A DNA stretch of 55,658 nt, taken from NCBI GenBank assembly GCA_004212155.1, contig RXIG01000007.1, positions 1 to 55,658 of the forward strand, written 5' to 3'. Every line of letters starts with the position of its first letter. Within the stretch, counting starts at the first letter, position 1. The notes below the pieces were generated by a model. It was given only the letters and a program-made list of their open reading frames with translations. It had not been told where the DNA came from and did not search any database. Positions 18,024 through 27,664 of this stretch are shown piece by piece. Position numbers and translations under genes: made by a program. The DNA is from an archaeon. GTDB lineage: Archaea; Methanobacteriota_B; Thermococci; Methanofastidiosales; NM3.

Positions 18024-19531
18024 TGATCCTCCTTGAATCGGATGAACGGTCCGGTGCGCGTCCTACGGATCACGTCCTCGGGCGGCGCAGGGGTCAGCAG
18101 GCTCACGACGACCATGACAATCACTGAGATGATGAAGCTGTAGAACGAGAAGTGCACGGGAAGCTTCGTCACGAACTCATGGACATATCCTGAGATCACT
18201 GCCGCCGCAAAGCCGACGATCATCGACGCCATTGCGCCCTCCTTGGTGGCCCGCCTCCAGTAGAGGCCTGCCACGATTGGCACGACGAAGACCGATAGCG
18301 TTATGCCGATCGTCATCCAGATCAGCCACGCGAGCAGCTCGGGGGGATTGATGGCAAGTATCATCGTGATGATGGCGACGATCACGACGACCAGGCGCGA
18401 GTAGAACGTGATCTTCGCATCCTCCGCGTCGGGGTTGAAGATGTTCTTGTAGATGTCCCAGCTTGCCGTCGTCCCGATCATGAGCATCATCCTGTCGGTC
18501 GTCGACATGACGGCCGCCAGCACGATCACGGCGATGATGGGCCAGACGAACTCCGGCAGAGCGTACTCTGCCGATGCGATGAACGAGAAGTCGGCGTAGG
18601 GCACCGAGAGCGATCCCTGTTCGACAAGCGCCCTGGTCGAGAATCCGGTGATCTTGATGAGGTACATCACGACCACGTAGATGGAAAACGCAGCAAAGGG
18701 AGCATACTTGAAGTACTTGAGCTTGCGCACCGCGAGGATGTTGTTGACGATATGCGGGCTTGCCCCGAGCCCCATTGCAAGCAGGAAGAAAAACGACACC
18801 AGGAATGCCGGCGTTGCGAACGAGTAGCCTGAATACGTCGACGGGTAGGCGAGCTTGAGCATGTTGGGGTCGATCGAGCCAAGCGCGTTGTTGACCGCGG
18901 TGAGGCCGCCGGCCGCATGTATGACCACGGGGGCGATGCAGACGACGCCGATGATGATGGCAAGTCCCTGCACCATGTTGGTCCACGCCACTGCGTAGAG
19001 GCCCCCAAGCATCACATAGATGAAGACGATGGTCCCCGCGATGAGCAGCGCCTGGGCATGCGTGATGCCAAAGAGCCAGACAAGCACGATGCTTATCGCC
19101 GTATACTGTCCTACAAGGTATATCATGCTCGTCGATATGACGGCAAACCCTGCGATGCCGCGCATCTTGTGCTTGCTGTAAAATCGGTCGGCAAGGTAGT
19201 CCTGCACGGTGACATAGCCCTCCTTGTTGGCGACATGCGCCATCTTTGCACCGTAGATAATGATGCAGATGGCGATGGTGAGCGGTACGAACATCTGCTC
19301 CCATATCGTCGGCCACCCGGTGACGAAGCCGAGCCCCGTCGACCCCAGCAGCGTCATGCCAGAGGTCGTCGATGCGACGATGAGGATGACAAACATCCAG
19401 AATCCAATGGTCTTTCCCGCAAGCAGGTAGTCGCGGGATGACTTTATCTTGCGCGATGCCAACGTGCCGAGGCCCATGAGGCCGAGGAAGTATATCGTTA
19501 CGATGATCGCCATGGTAACTGTCGATGGCAT
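18020..19531 (-). CDS. Sodium:solute symporter (SSS family)
   Basis: About 13 TM helices; DYLLAG, GGLYAVAWT, AAVMSTTD and GLYWRRAT motifs. Confidence 0.92.
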   Translation of the reverse strand: MPSTVTMAIIVTIYFLGLMGLGTLASRKIKSSRDYLLAGKTIGFWMFVILIVASTTSGMTLLGSTGLGFVTGWPTIWEQMFVPLTIAICIIIYGAKMAHVANKEGYVTVQDYLADRFYSKHKMRGIAGFAVISTSMIYLVGQYTAISIVLVWLFGITHAQALLIAGTIVFIYVMLGGLYAVAWTNMVQGLAIIIGVVCIAPVVIHAAGGLTAVNNALGSIDPNMLKLAYPSTYSGYSFATPAFLVSFFFLLAMGLGASPHIVNNILAVRKLKYFKYAPFAAFSIYVVVMYLIKITGFSTRALVEQGSLSVPYADFSFIASAEYALPEFVWPIIAVIVLAAVMSTTDRMMLMIGTTASWDIYKNIFNPDAEDAKITFYSRLVVVIVAIITMILAINPPELLAWLIWMTIGITLSVFVVPIVAGLYWRRATKEGAMASMIVGFAAAVISGYVHEFVTKLPVHFSFYSFIISVIVMVVVSLLTPAPPEDVIRRTRTGPFIRFKEDQ

Positions 19532-19533
19532 GA

Positions 19534-19647
19534 TTAATCACTCTCCTCCACGTTGTAGAACCGTCCCCACAGGAGCAGAATGGCTGCTATTATGATGGGG
19601 AGGCCGAATGCTACCACGAACGTCGTGGTCGGTAGTCCATATATCAT
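19534..19647 (-). CDS. 37-aa single-TM protein, probable symporter accessory subunit (not in the ORF track)
   Basis: MIYGLPTTTFVVAFGLPIIIAAILLLWGRFYNVEESD; SD GAGGTG; ATGA overlap with the paaK stop; fills the gap up to the SSS gene. Confidence 0.8.
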   Translation of the reverse strand: MIYGLPTTTFVVAFGLPIIIAAILLLWGRFYNVEESD

Positions 19648-20939
19648 AGTTGTTCACCTCGTAGGTCTATGACCCGTTGTGCTTTCCCCATGGACCGGGG
19701 AATCGTACCCTCCTCGACAAGCTTGACCTCGGAGGATATGAAGAATGCTGACCTGATGGCCCGCCCAATCTCCTTCTGGATGCGCAGCAGGTCCTTGAGG
19801 CTTCCGGAGAAGAGCTCCTCCGTCACCTCCATGCGGATGGTGAGCCGGTCCATGGCTCCCTCCCTGTCGATGACTAACTGATAGTGTCCCTGGAACGCAG
19901 GGTGCTGGGATATGACCTCTTCTATCTGGCTCGGGAAGATGTTGACACCGCGTATGATGAGCATGTCGTCGCTCCTTCCCGTGATACGCTCGATGCGCTT
20001 GAATGGAAGGCTGCAGCTGCAGTCGCCGTCGATGATGCGCGAGATGTCGCCCGTGCGGTAGCGTAAAAGCGGCATCGCCTGTTTCCACAGCGGCGTGAAC
20101 ACGAGCTCTCCCTTCTCACCCTCTGCGAGGACCTCTCCCGTCTCGGGGTCGATGACCTCGAGTATGAAGTAGTCTTCCCAGAAGTGAAGGCCGTCCTTTG
20201 CCTCGCACTCGCACGCCACGCCGGGTCCGCATATCTCGGAGAGGCCGTAGTTGTCATACGCATCGATGCCAAACGTCTCCTCGATCTGTGACCGCAGCGC
20301 CTCGCCCCACGGTTCGCCCCCGAACACGCCCTGCCTGAGATGGAGGTCTGTGCGGGGGTCTATCCCGTTTTGTCGCGCCACCTCGGCAAGGTGGAGGGCG
20401 TAGGATGGCGTGCTGGTAAACGATGTCGTCTTGAAGTCGCGCATGATCTCGAGCTGGCGCGTCGTGTTCCCTGCGCCGGATGGGATGACGGAGACGCCAA
20501 GGCGCTCGGCCCCGTAGTGGAACCCGAAGCCACCCGTAAAGAAGCCATATGTATATATTATCTGCATGATGTCCCTGTTGGTGAGCCCCGTTGTCTTGAG
20601 GACGCGGGCCATCAGGCCCGCCCACGTATCAATGTCCTCCTGCGTGTAATAGACGACGGTCGACCTGCCCGTTGTCCCGGACGAGGCGTGAAATCGCACC
20701 ACGTCCTCGAGCGGACAGGCGAGGAGGCCGAAGGGGTAGTTATCGCGCAGGTCCTGTTTCGTGGTGAACGGGACCTTTGCAAGGTCGTCGGCGGTCCGGA
20801 TATCGTCGGGGCCGATGCCGGCCGTTTTCAGTTGCGACGATATCCAGGGAGACGATCGTGCCCCCTGCCGCACCATGTGTCGTAATGACCTTCCTTGTTG
20901 TGAAATAATGTCATATCTACTAATCTTTGAGGATAAAAT
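19644..20939 (-). CDS. paaK: Phenylacetate-CoA ligase family protein; first ATG at 20876, probable ATT start at 20939
   Basis: PFTTKQDLRDNYPFG, HASSGTTG, NYGLSE, RYRTGD and GRSDDML; the frame stays open upstream to a GGAGG SD. Confidence 0.88.
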   Translation of the reverse strand: MLSSKISRYDIISQQGRSLRHMVRQGARSSPWISSQLKTAGIGPDDIRTADDLAKVPFTTKQDLRDNYPFGLLACPLEDVVRFHASSGTTGRSTVVYYTQEDIDTWAGLMARVLKTTGLTNRDIMQIIYTYGFFTGGFGFHYGAERLGVSVIPSGAGNTTRQLEIMRDFKTTSFTSTPSYALHLAEVARQNGIDPRTDLHLRQGVFGGEPWGEALRSQIEETFGIDAYDNYGLSEICGPGVACECEAKDGLHFWEDYFILEVIDPETGEVLAEGEKGELVFTPLWKQAMPLLRYRTGDISRIIDGDCSCSLPFKRIERITGRSDDMLIIRGVNIFPSQIEEVISQHPAFQGHYQLVIDREGAMDRLTIRMEVTEELFSGSLKDLLRIQKEIGRAIRSAFFISSEVKLVEEGTIPRSMGKAQRVIDLRGEQL

Positions 20940-21212
20940 TACGATCCCTCCTTGTTAGGGTATACTCATACGTCACCAAACGTATGCTCAAAGGGATAAC
21001 AAATGCGGTGAACTCAATAACGATAACCGTAAATCACTTTGGAGAAAGAGGGGGTAGCACGAGCCGTTCCAGTGGTGTGATTCACGTATGTGGCGTTCAT
21101 TATATTCACCAATCGAGATGACGGCAACACGGAGATTTATAAAACCTTTGTCCTTGTATACGACTATTTGTATAAAGTTATCTTTGGTAATGTGTGAAAT
21201 GACTAAAATAAG

Positions 21213-21288
21213 TGGTAGCCGGGCGCGGATTCGAACCACGGTCGCGGGATCCAGAGTCCTGCAGGATTGTCCCCTACCCTACCCGGCT
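21213..21288 (-). tRNA. tRNA-Gln (anticodon CUG) with encoded CCA
   Basis: AGCCGGG/CCCGGCT acceptor stem, anticodon loop CT-CTG-GA, GGTTCGAATCC T-arm, 3' ACCA; BRE/TATA (CAAAAG-C-TTTATAA) upstream. Confidence 0.93.
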
Positions 21289-21352
21289 TCGTATTGATTA
21301 GCTAGAAATATTCCTTATAAAGCTTTTGGTATTATTATGTGGCCCCTCAATA

Positions 21353-21871
21353 CTATTCGAGCAGCAGCAGGCCGTAGCTCTTGTAGACCTCGTTTTTCTT
21401 GTGTATGGGTCGCAGAGTGAATCCCGCATCGTTGACGAGCTCGTAGACATCGACGCCGAGGGCCTCAAGAGAGGGGCGCTTTCGCATGTCGATGCAGGTC
21501 TCCGACTCGACGGCCTTGCAGCGCGAACAGAGGTGGCACGGTCCCGCAGCGACGCCAAATGCCTTGTAGTATCCCTCGAAGAACGCCTGCTTTTCAAGAT
21601 GGAGCAGCGCCTTGAGCACCTTCTTCTGGTCATGCAGCGTGGCAAGTCCCTGGAACTCCAGGAGGAGACCGCCCGTATACTCGGAGAAGAGCTCGCGCGC
21701 ATCCTCGAGGGTGCCGACGTGTGGGGGGCACGTATAGTTGGTGTTGTATGCGGGGCATCCGAACTGGCACTTCATGCGCACCCACCGGCGCGGCGTGATG
21801 ATGCGCGGGTCGATGGTCTTTACATCGTGTGCGCCCCGCTTGCGGGCCTCGTCCTTGAGCGTATCGATCAT
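21353..21871 (-). CDS. DUF2284 family metal-binding protein
   Basis: KCQFGCPAY...TCPP, GPCHLC and RPSLEALGVDV; start reassigned to the ATG after an AGGTG SD. Confidence 0.85.
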   Translation of the reverse strand: MIDTLKDEARKRGAHDVKTIDPRIITPRRWVRMKCQFGCPAYNTNYTCPPHVGTLEDARELFSEYTGGLLLEFQGLATLHDQKKVLKALLHLEKQAFFEGYYKAFGVAAGPCHLCSRCKAVESETCIDMRKRPSLEALGVDVYELVNDAGFTLRPIHKKNEVYKSYGLLLLE

Positions 21872-21941
21872 TGCATCCACCTGGTGTATTCGTCCCTGAT
21901 ATGAAGCAACGTTTAAAAGCGTTTGTATCTTTGTAGTGGTC

Positions 21942-22610
21942 ATGGCAACGGTGGTCTTCGACCTCGATGATACGCTGGCAAACACATGGGCCGCATCGCG
22001 CAAGGCCAACAGGAAGCTCCTCTGGTACTTCCTACGCCATGGCATGTGGCGCATCGCCAAGGCCCTGCTGCTCAAGGAGAACGTCAGGTACCTCGTCAAC
22101 GACGAGCAGCTCCTTCTCCTCGACTCGGACTCGATCATTGCCCGTTTCCTCCGCTACTACTATCCAGACATCTCGGATGTGGAGGTCGTAAGGATCTGCT
22201 CCGTCTTTCACGATGAGTTCTATCGCCACTTCGACCTCATGCCCGGCGCACGCGACGTTCTCGAATGGCTTGGAAGAAAATACAGGCTCTGTCTCGTCAC
22301 GGACGGTTCAGTGAGGTGGCAGGAGGAAAAGCTCGCCCGACTTGGCATACGTGACTACTTCGACACGATCGTCATCTCAGGCTCGCTTGGCACATCGAAA
22401 CGCAATCCAGACAATTTCAGGCGCGCCATCAAGGGCGACAGCCCCGCATACGTCGTGGGTGACCGGGTGAGCACCGACATCCGGGGGGGAGCACAAGCCG
22501 GGGCCACGACCATCTTGTTCAAAAACGGTCTGTTCGAATCGATAGAGGAGCGGGAGGTCGAGCCCGACCATGAGATATCCTCCCTTTTCGAGTTATATTC
22601 CCTGCTTTGA
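21942..22610 (+). CDS. HAD-superfamily hydrolase
   Basis: FDLDDTL, VTDG, K and GDRVSTD motifs. Confidence 0.9.
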   Translation: MATVVFDLDDTLANTWAASRKANRKLLWYFLRHGMWRIAKALLLKENVRYLVNDEQLLLLDSDSIIARFLRYYYPDISDVEVVRICSVFHDEFYRHFDLMPGARDVLEWLGRKYRLCLVTDGSVRWQEEKLARLGIRDYFDTIVISGSLGTSKRNPDNFRRAIKGDSPAYVVGDRVSTDIRGGAQAGATTILFKNGLFESIEEREVEPDHEISSLFELYSLL

Positions 22611-22719
22611 GCGCCTTTTTGGATCGGAGGATGCCGTTGCAATCGACTAAAATTTTTCTCCAAAACCTTTTTAAGTAGTCCTCAGTAACGTCTTTAAGAT
22701 TGTTCTTCGGGGCGATGAA

Positions 22720-23631
22720 GTGAATATTGTCGACAGGATCCAGGAGCTAAAAGGGGAAAAGGACATCAGCATCCTTGCACACAACTATCAGCCGCCCGCC
22801 GTTCAGGACATAGCGGACTTCCTGGGAGACTCGCTTGACCTGTGCTACAGGGCGCAGGAACTCGAGGAGACGACGATACTCTTTGCTGGCGTCAGGTTCA
22901 TGGCCGAGTCGGCGCTCATCCTCAATCCTGAAAAGACCGTCCTTCTCCCCGACATGGATGCATACTGCCCCATGGCATCGATGCTCACTCCCGATATCCT
23001 CGACGAGAAGAAGCGAAAGCATCCGGACGCCGCCGTGGTGCTCTACGGCAACACCACCGCACGCGCGAAGGCGCGGGCCGATGTCATCTGCACCTCGGCA
23101 AACGCCGCCCACATCGTCAACTCCCTCGACGAGGACGTCGTGCTCTTCGGCCCCGACAAGAATCTGCGCTACTGGACGCAGAAGCAGACCGACAAGACAC
23201 TCATCCCCGTGCCCGACCACGGGTACTGCTATGTGCACAACTCGCTCATCAGGCCAGAGGACATCTTGTACCTGCGTGACAGGTACCCGCGCGCCGAGGT
23301 CCTCGTGCATCCAGAATGCGTCCCGCAGGTGCAGGAAGTGGCTGACCACGTCCTCTCGACTAACGGCATGCTTGCACATGCCAGGCGGACCTCTGCCGAT
23401 GAGTTCATCATAGGGACGGAAAAGGAGCTCTGTTACCGATTGCGCAAGGAGCTTCCCAACAAGCGATTCTACGAGATCGAGACAGCGGTGTGCCGGGACA
23501 TGAAGCGGGTGACGCTGCAGAAGATATGCCATGCGATGGAGCACGAGGAATCGAAGATATCGCTTCCGCACGATGTCCTCGAAAGCGCACGCGAGCCGCT
23601 TGAGCGCATGCTGAGTCTCGGTCGCGGCTAG
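22720..23631 (+). CDS. nadA: Quinolinate synthase
   Basis: LAHNYQ, GDSL, CPMA, CTSAN, CYVH and VHPEC. Confidence 0.95.
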   Translation: MNIVDRIQELKGEKDISILAHNYQPPAVQDIADFLGDSLDLCYRAQELEETTILFAGVRFMAESALILNPEKTVLLPDMDAYCPMASMLTPDILDEKKRKHPDAAVVLYGNTTARAKARADVICTSANAAHIVNSLDEDVVLFGPDKNLRYWTQKQTDKTLIPVPDHGYCYVHNSLIRPEDILYLRDRYPRAEVLVHPECVPQVQEVADHVLSTNGMLAHARRTSADEFIIGTEKELCYRLRKELPNKRFYEIETAVCRDMKRVTLQKICHAMEHEESKISLPHDVLESAREPLERMLSLGRG

Positions 23632-24401
23632 TCGAGCAGCCAGGTCATCGTTTCGAAGGGAACGTTCGCGGTCATGTCGACGGTGAGCGGCGTTATGGAG
23701 ATGTTGCGCCGTTGCTTGATGCATGCGACGTCGGACCCTTTTCTCGCATCCTTTACAATATCGCCCACGTTCCAGTAATAGGCGCGCCCCATAGGATCGG
23801 TGCGCTTTTCAATGCGCGACTCATAGAGCCTTCGTTCCAGGAACGTGATCTCCACTGGTGTATCGCGCGTCGCATCGGAGGGAACGTTGACATTGAGGAT
23901 GTCGACACCGGACGGGAGCCCGTGAGCGAGGACCTTGTCCGCTATGCGGCGAAGCACCAGCGACACGGCGTCGAAGTCGACGGCCCTGCCCTGCTCGAAC
24001 TTCTCTTCGTCCCCCATCGTCTCAAGCGATATCGCAATAGTGGGGTACCCGCACGATGCAGACTCGAGCGCGACGCCAACGGTGCCCGATGCCGTGATCT
24101 CCGTTGAGAGATTCTCGCCGAGATTGATGCCCGAGACGACAAGCGACGGACAAATTCCCAATCCCCTGATGGCATAGAGCAACGAGTCAACGGGCGTGCC
24201 GCTCGTGGCATGCGCCGTCGTTGATTCGAACTCGACCTCTCTCACGCGTATCGGCTTGTAGAGCGTGAATCCGCGCCCCGTCCCCGTTTTTTGCGATTCG
24301 GGGGCACAGACGACGATGTCGCCGCTGCCCCGCATGGCGCGATAGCTCGCGACGAGCCCGTGCGAATTGATGCCGTCGTCGTTTGTTAGAAGCACGACCA
24401 T
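23628..24401 (-). CDS. surE: 5'/3'-nucleotidase SurE
   Basis: LLTNDDG, GTPVD, VVSGINLGEN and SGTVG. Confidence 0.95.
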   Translation of the reverse strand: MVVLLTNDDGINSHGLVASYRAMRGSGDIVVCAPESQKTGTGRGFTLYKPIRVREVEFESTTAHATSGTPVDSLLYAIRGLGICPSLVVSGINLGENLSTEITASGTVGVALESASCGYPTIAISLETMGDEEKFEQGRAVDFDAVSLVLRRIADKVLAHGLPSGVDILNVNVPSDATRDTPVEITFLERRLYESRIEKRTDPMGRAYYWNVGDIVKDARKGSDVACIKQRRNISITPLTVDMTANVPFETMTWLLD

Positions 24402-24498
24402 ATGTTACATGGTGTTAGCAAGATATATGTTTTTTTTCATCTCGCCACGTATCTCGTTGAACATAAGATTATTATTGTGTAACTTTGATGTATATCTA

Positions 24499-27234
24499 AT
24501 GCCTGGGCGGGCCGTGCTGCATGTAGAGGACGATGCTGATTATGCTGAGATGTTTCAGCTTCAGATGAGGCGCCAGGCACGCAAGGCGGGGTCTGACCCC
24601 CTTATGTTCGAAACAGTGCCGACGCTGCAAAAGGCGTATGAGCGATGTGATGACAGGGCATACGACTGTGTCGTCTGCGATTACCAGCTCCCGGACGGTA
24701 ACGGCCTCGACTTCTTGGGGCGCTACCGTTCGCTCCACACCCATCGCCCCTTGATATTCCTTACCGGCCAGGGCGATGAGTCGGTGGCGCGATTGGCGTT
24801 CAAGATGGGCGCAAACGATTACTTCACCAAGGATGATGGATTTGCCGTGTACGAGCGCATCTACAACGCCATCTGCACCCAGATCCGCCACTTCGAGGAA
24901 GGACGCGTGCGCCGGGAGACGGAACGCAAACTTCGAAGCGAACAGGAATGGGCCCGTACCTACTTCAGGCTCGCCGATGTCCTCATGATGGGATACGACG
25001 CCGCAGGCACCATCACCCACATCAACGACGCCGGACAGCGCATCCTTGGCTACAGCTGTGAAGAACTGCACGGTGTACCGTTCGTTTGCGAGCTGCATCC
25101 GCCGTACGAGCGCGAGGATGTCAGGGACGTTCTCGAACGGCTTCGCACCAGCCCGCCCGGCACGGTCATCACCAACGAGAACGACATGGTCACAAAGGAC
25201 GGCAAGCGGCGGACGTTCCTCTGGAGGAACTCAGCGATCTTCGACGAGAAAGGCCGCATCACAGGGTTTCTCGCGTCAGGGATGGACATCACTGAACGCA
25301 CACGACAGGAAATGCGCATACGTCATCTCAATCGTTTGCTGGATGCCATGCGTTCTGTGAATCAGCTCATCGCACGCGAACAAGACGCGTCGACGCTGTT
25401 GCAACGGGCATGTGACATCATGGTGACGTCGCACGGATATGCCGACATCCATATCGCGCTTTTCAACGAGGATGGTTCGTGCCGTGACTTTTCTCCATCC
25501 TCGCCCGGAAGCGACACGCCCGATATGAGGAAATCCCTCGAAACGAAAACGTTGCCGCCGTGCATGAAGAGGGCCATGGACCAGGACAGGACGGTGGTCG
25601 TTTGCCGCCCCGATGACATATGCCGCACTTGTGCGATTTGCGATAGGCACGACCCGCCTCAGACTACGCTTGTCCACCGGCTTTCATACGCCGGACGCGA
25701 CATTGGCGTTATCTTCGTCAGGCTCGCTTCTGACTGCGAGAGTTGCGTCCAAGACGTTGAACTTTTCGATGAGATGGCTCATGACCTCTCATTCGCCCTC
25801 CATTCACTTGAGCTCAAGGCCTCAAAAAACCATGCTGAGAAACAGCTGCGCGAGGACCGCACGTATTACAGGACCATCATGGAGGCGAGCCCGATAGGCA
25901 TCGTCACCCTCGACCGAGACGGCCGCATCACTCATGCGAATACCGAGGCGCAACGAATCACCGGCCGCTCGCTCGAGACGCTCAAGAGCATGTCGTTTGA
26001 CGATTCCGCTTGGGATATAAAAAGCAACGACGGGGGGCATATACCCTCCTCCAACCTCCCCTTTAGCATTGTCAGGGATCGCCTGCGACCCGTTTACGAC
26101 GTGCGCCACACCATCAGAAAGGATGACACGTCGATCGTTCTCTCCATCAACGCATCGCCGATCCTCGATGAACATGGCCTGTTTCGGGGAATGGTAGCGA
26201 CCCTTACCGATAAGACGTCGGAGATGTCCCGCAATGACATCCTCACCAAGATGCACCAGCTCATGAATGAGATGCTCACCGCGATGGATGACCATTTCTA
26301 TGTCGTCGATTCCCGGTATCGCATCGTCATGAGCAACCAGCTGGGATGCAACTACCTCCCGCCAGACAAGCGTTCCGACTCATTCCTCTGCTATCGGATG
26401 ATAAAGGGGCGCGGTGTTCCATGCGACGGCTGTCCCGTGGCGGAGATATTCTGCAACGGTATGCGCAGCGTCAATGAACATGTGACGGACGATGGGTCGA
26501 CATTCGAGGTGCGTTACTTTCCCATCTTTGACGACAACGATGACGTGGCGCTCGTTTCCTGCCTCTCCAGGGACGTCTCATCGTTCAGGGAGCTAGACCG
26601 GGCACACAGGGAAAAGGAGCGCATCCTCACGCATTTCTCGCATGTTGTTTCGCACCATCTCAAGAACTACCTGGCGGCGATCCGCTGCTACGCCGAACTG
26701 CAGGCCGAGGAAGGCCTGGGCAAGGAGTATGCGCCCCTCATCATAGCTGCTGTCGACCGGATGAACGCCTATGTCAACAGCCAGCTTCACCTCGCCACGG
26801 CGGGAAAACCTGTTGATACGTTCCATGATGTAGGGCTCAGGGACCTGCTCGAGAAGGTCGCAGACTCGTACCCGCTTTCCGTCGTCGTGGGCGATGTCCC
26901 TCATGTCAGAGGCGATCCCCAGCGCATCGAAGAGGTGTTTTCCAATCTCATACACAATGCCTGGAAAAACGGGAATGCCGGACGGGTGGAGATATTCTCT
27001 ACGACCGATGATGAGGGCATACACGTCTTTGTCGCCGATGATGGGCACGGCATCCCGCCAGAGAGGACAAAACGGCTCTTTGACAAGACGCAGCTCTCGC
27101 ATGGCTCTGGCCTGGGTCTTCTCGTCGCACAGGAGGTGATGCACGCCCACGGCGGGTCGATCCGCTTGAAGAGCACAGGGCCAGAGGGCACGGTGATGGA
27201 ACTCGTTTTTTTACATCCCCAAATGAAACCATAA
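24499..27234 (+). CDS. Hybrid sensor histidine kinase (REC-PAS-GAF-PAS-PAS-HisKA-HATPase)
   Basis: VLHVEDD, CDYQLP and FLTG receiver motifs; PAS and GAF segments; SHHLKN, NLIHNA, DDGHGI and GSGLGL. Confidence 0.9.
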   Translation: MPGRAVLHVEDDADYAEMFQLQMRRQARKAGSDPLMFETVPTLQKAYERCDDRAYDCVVCDYQLPDGNGLDFLGRYRSLHTHRPLIFLTGQGDESVARLAFKMGANDYFTKDDGFAVYERIYNAICTQIRHFEEGRVRRETERKLRSEQEWARTYFRLADVLMMGYDAAGTITHINDAGQRILGYSCEELHGVPFVCELHPPYEREDVRDVLERLRTSPPGTVITNENDMVTKDGKRRTFLWRNSAIFDEKGRITGFLASGMDITERTRQEMRIRHLNRLLDAMRSVNQLIAREQDASTLLQRACDIMVTSHGYADIHIALFNEDGSCRDFSPSSPGSDTPDMRKSLETKTLPPCMKRAMDQDRTVVVCRPDDICRTCAICDRHDPPQTTLVHRLSYAGRDIGVIFVRLASDCESCVQDVELFDEMAHDLSFALHSLELKASKNHAEKQLREDRTYYRTIMEASPIGIVTLDRDGRITHANTEAQRITGRSLETLKSMSFDDSAWDIKSNDGGHIPSSNLPFSIVRDRLRPVYDVRHTIRKDDTSIVLSINASPILDEHGLFRGMVATLTDKTSEMSRNDILTKMHQLMNEMLTAMDDHFYVVDSRYRIVMSNQLGCNYLPPDKRSDSFLCYRMIKGRGVPCDGCPVAEIFCNGMRSVNEHVTDDGSTFEVRYFPIFDDNDDVALVSCLSRDVSSFRELDRAHREKERILTHFSHVVSHHLKNYLAAIRCYAELQAEEGLGKEYAPLIIAAVDRMNAYVNSQLHLATAGKPVDTFHDVGLRDLLEKVADSYPLSVVVGDVPHVRGDPQRIEEVFSNLIHNAWKNGNAGRVEIFSTTDDEGIHVFVADDGHGIPPERTKRLFDKTQLSHGSGLGLLVAQEVMHAHGGSIRLKSTGPEGTVMELVFLHPQMKP

Positions 27235-27265
27235 TCTTTAAATTGCCAAAAGCAGGTGGTATGGT

Positions 27266-27664
27266 ATGCCAATTTATACAATCAGGAAGGTCGGTGGAAA
27301 GGAGGTCACGATACCCACTGAGATGCTTGAGGTGCTTGGCGTCAACGAAGGCGACTATATCACGTTCAGGGGATCAAAGACCTCAAAGGAGGTCACGGTC
27401 ACACCCCTCGTCACACCCAGCACCAAGACGGCCGAGCTCAAGGTGCTTCTCCAGAACGTGCCAGGCACCAACGCCAACGTCGACGCGGTGCTCGGAAAGC
27501 TTGGTATCAACATCCTCTTTGGCATGGGCGGACTCGTGGAGAACAACGTCTACTCCTCTGCCAAGCTTTTGGACATCTCGACATGCCCATGCAGCGTCAA
27601 GGATGTCAGAAAGGAGCTGGAAAAGATACCTGAAGTGATTGATGTCTACATAAAGGAGCTCTAG
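27266..27664 (+). CDS. AbrB/MazE-type DNA-binding domain plus ACT-domain regulator
   Basis: VTIPTEMLEVLGVNEGD (AbrB) followed by NVPG...LGINIL (ACT). Confidence 0.8.
   Translation: MPIYTIRKVGGKEVTIPTEMLEVLGVNEGDYITFRGSKTSKEVTVTPLVTPSTKTAELKVLLQNVPGTNANVDAVLGKLGINILFGMGGLVENNVYSSAKLLDISTCPCSVKDVRKELEKIPEVIDVYIKEL

Noticed and set aside
18177-19541. Long alternative-frame or antisense ORFs (also 15068-16162, 43761-45089, 47357-48448 and others)
   Set aside because: Shadow ORFs produced by high-GC codon bias over well-supported genes; no recognisable motifs
17640-21288. paaK operon as an island integrated at the tRNA-Gln 3' end
   Set aside because: I found no duplicated tRNA 3' end and no integrase, and the coding composition matches the host
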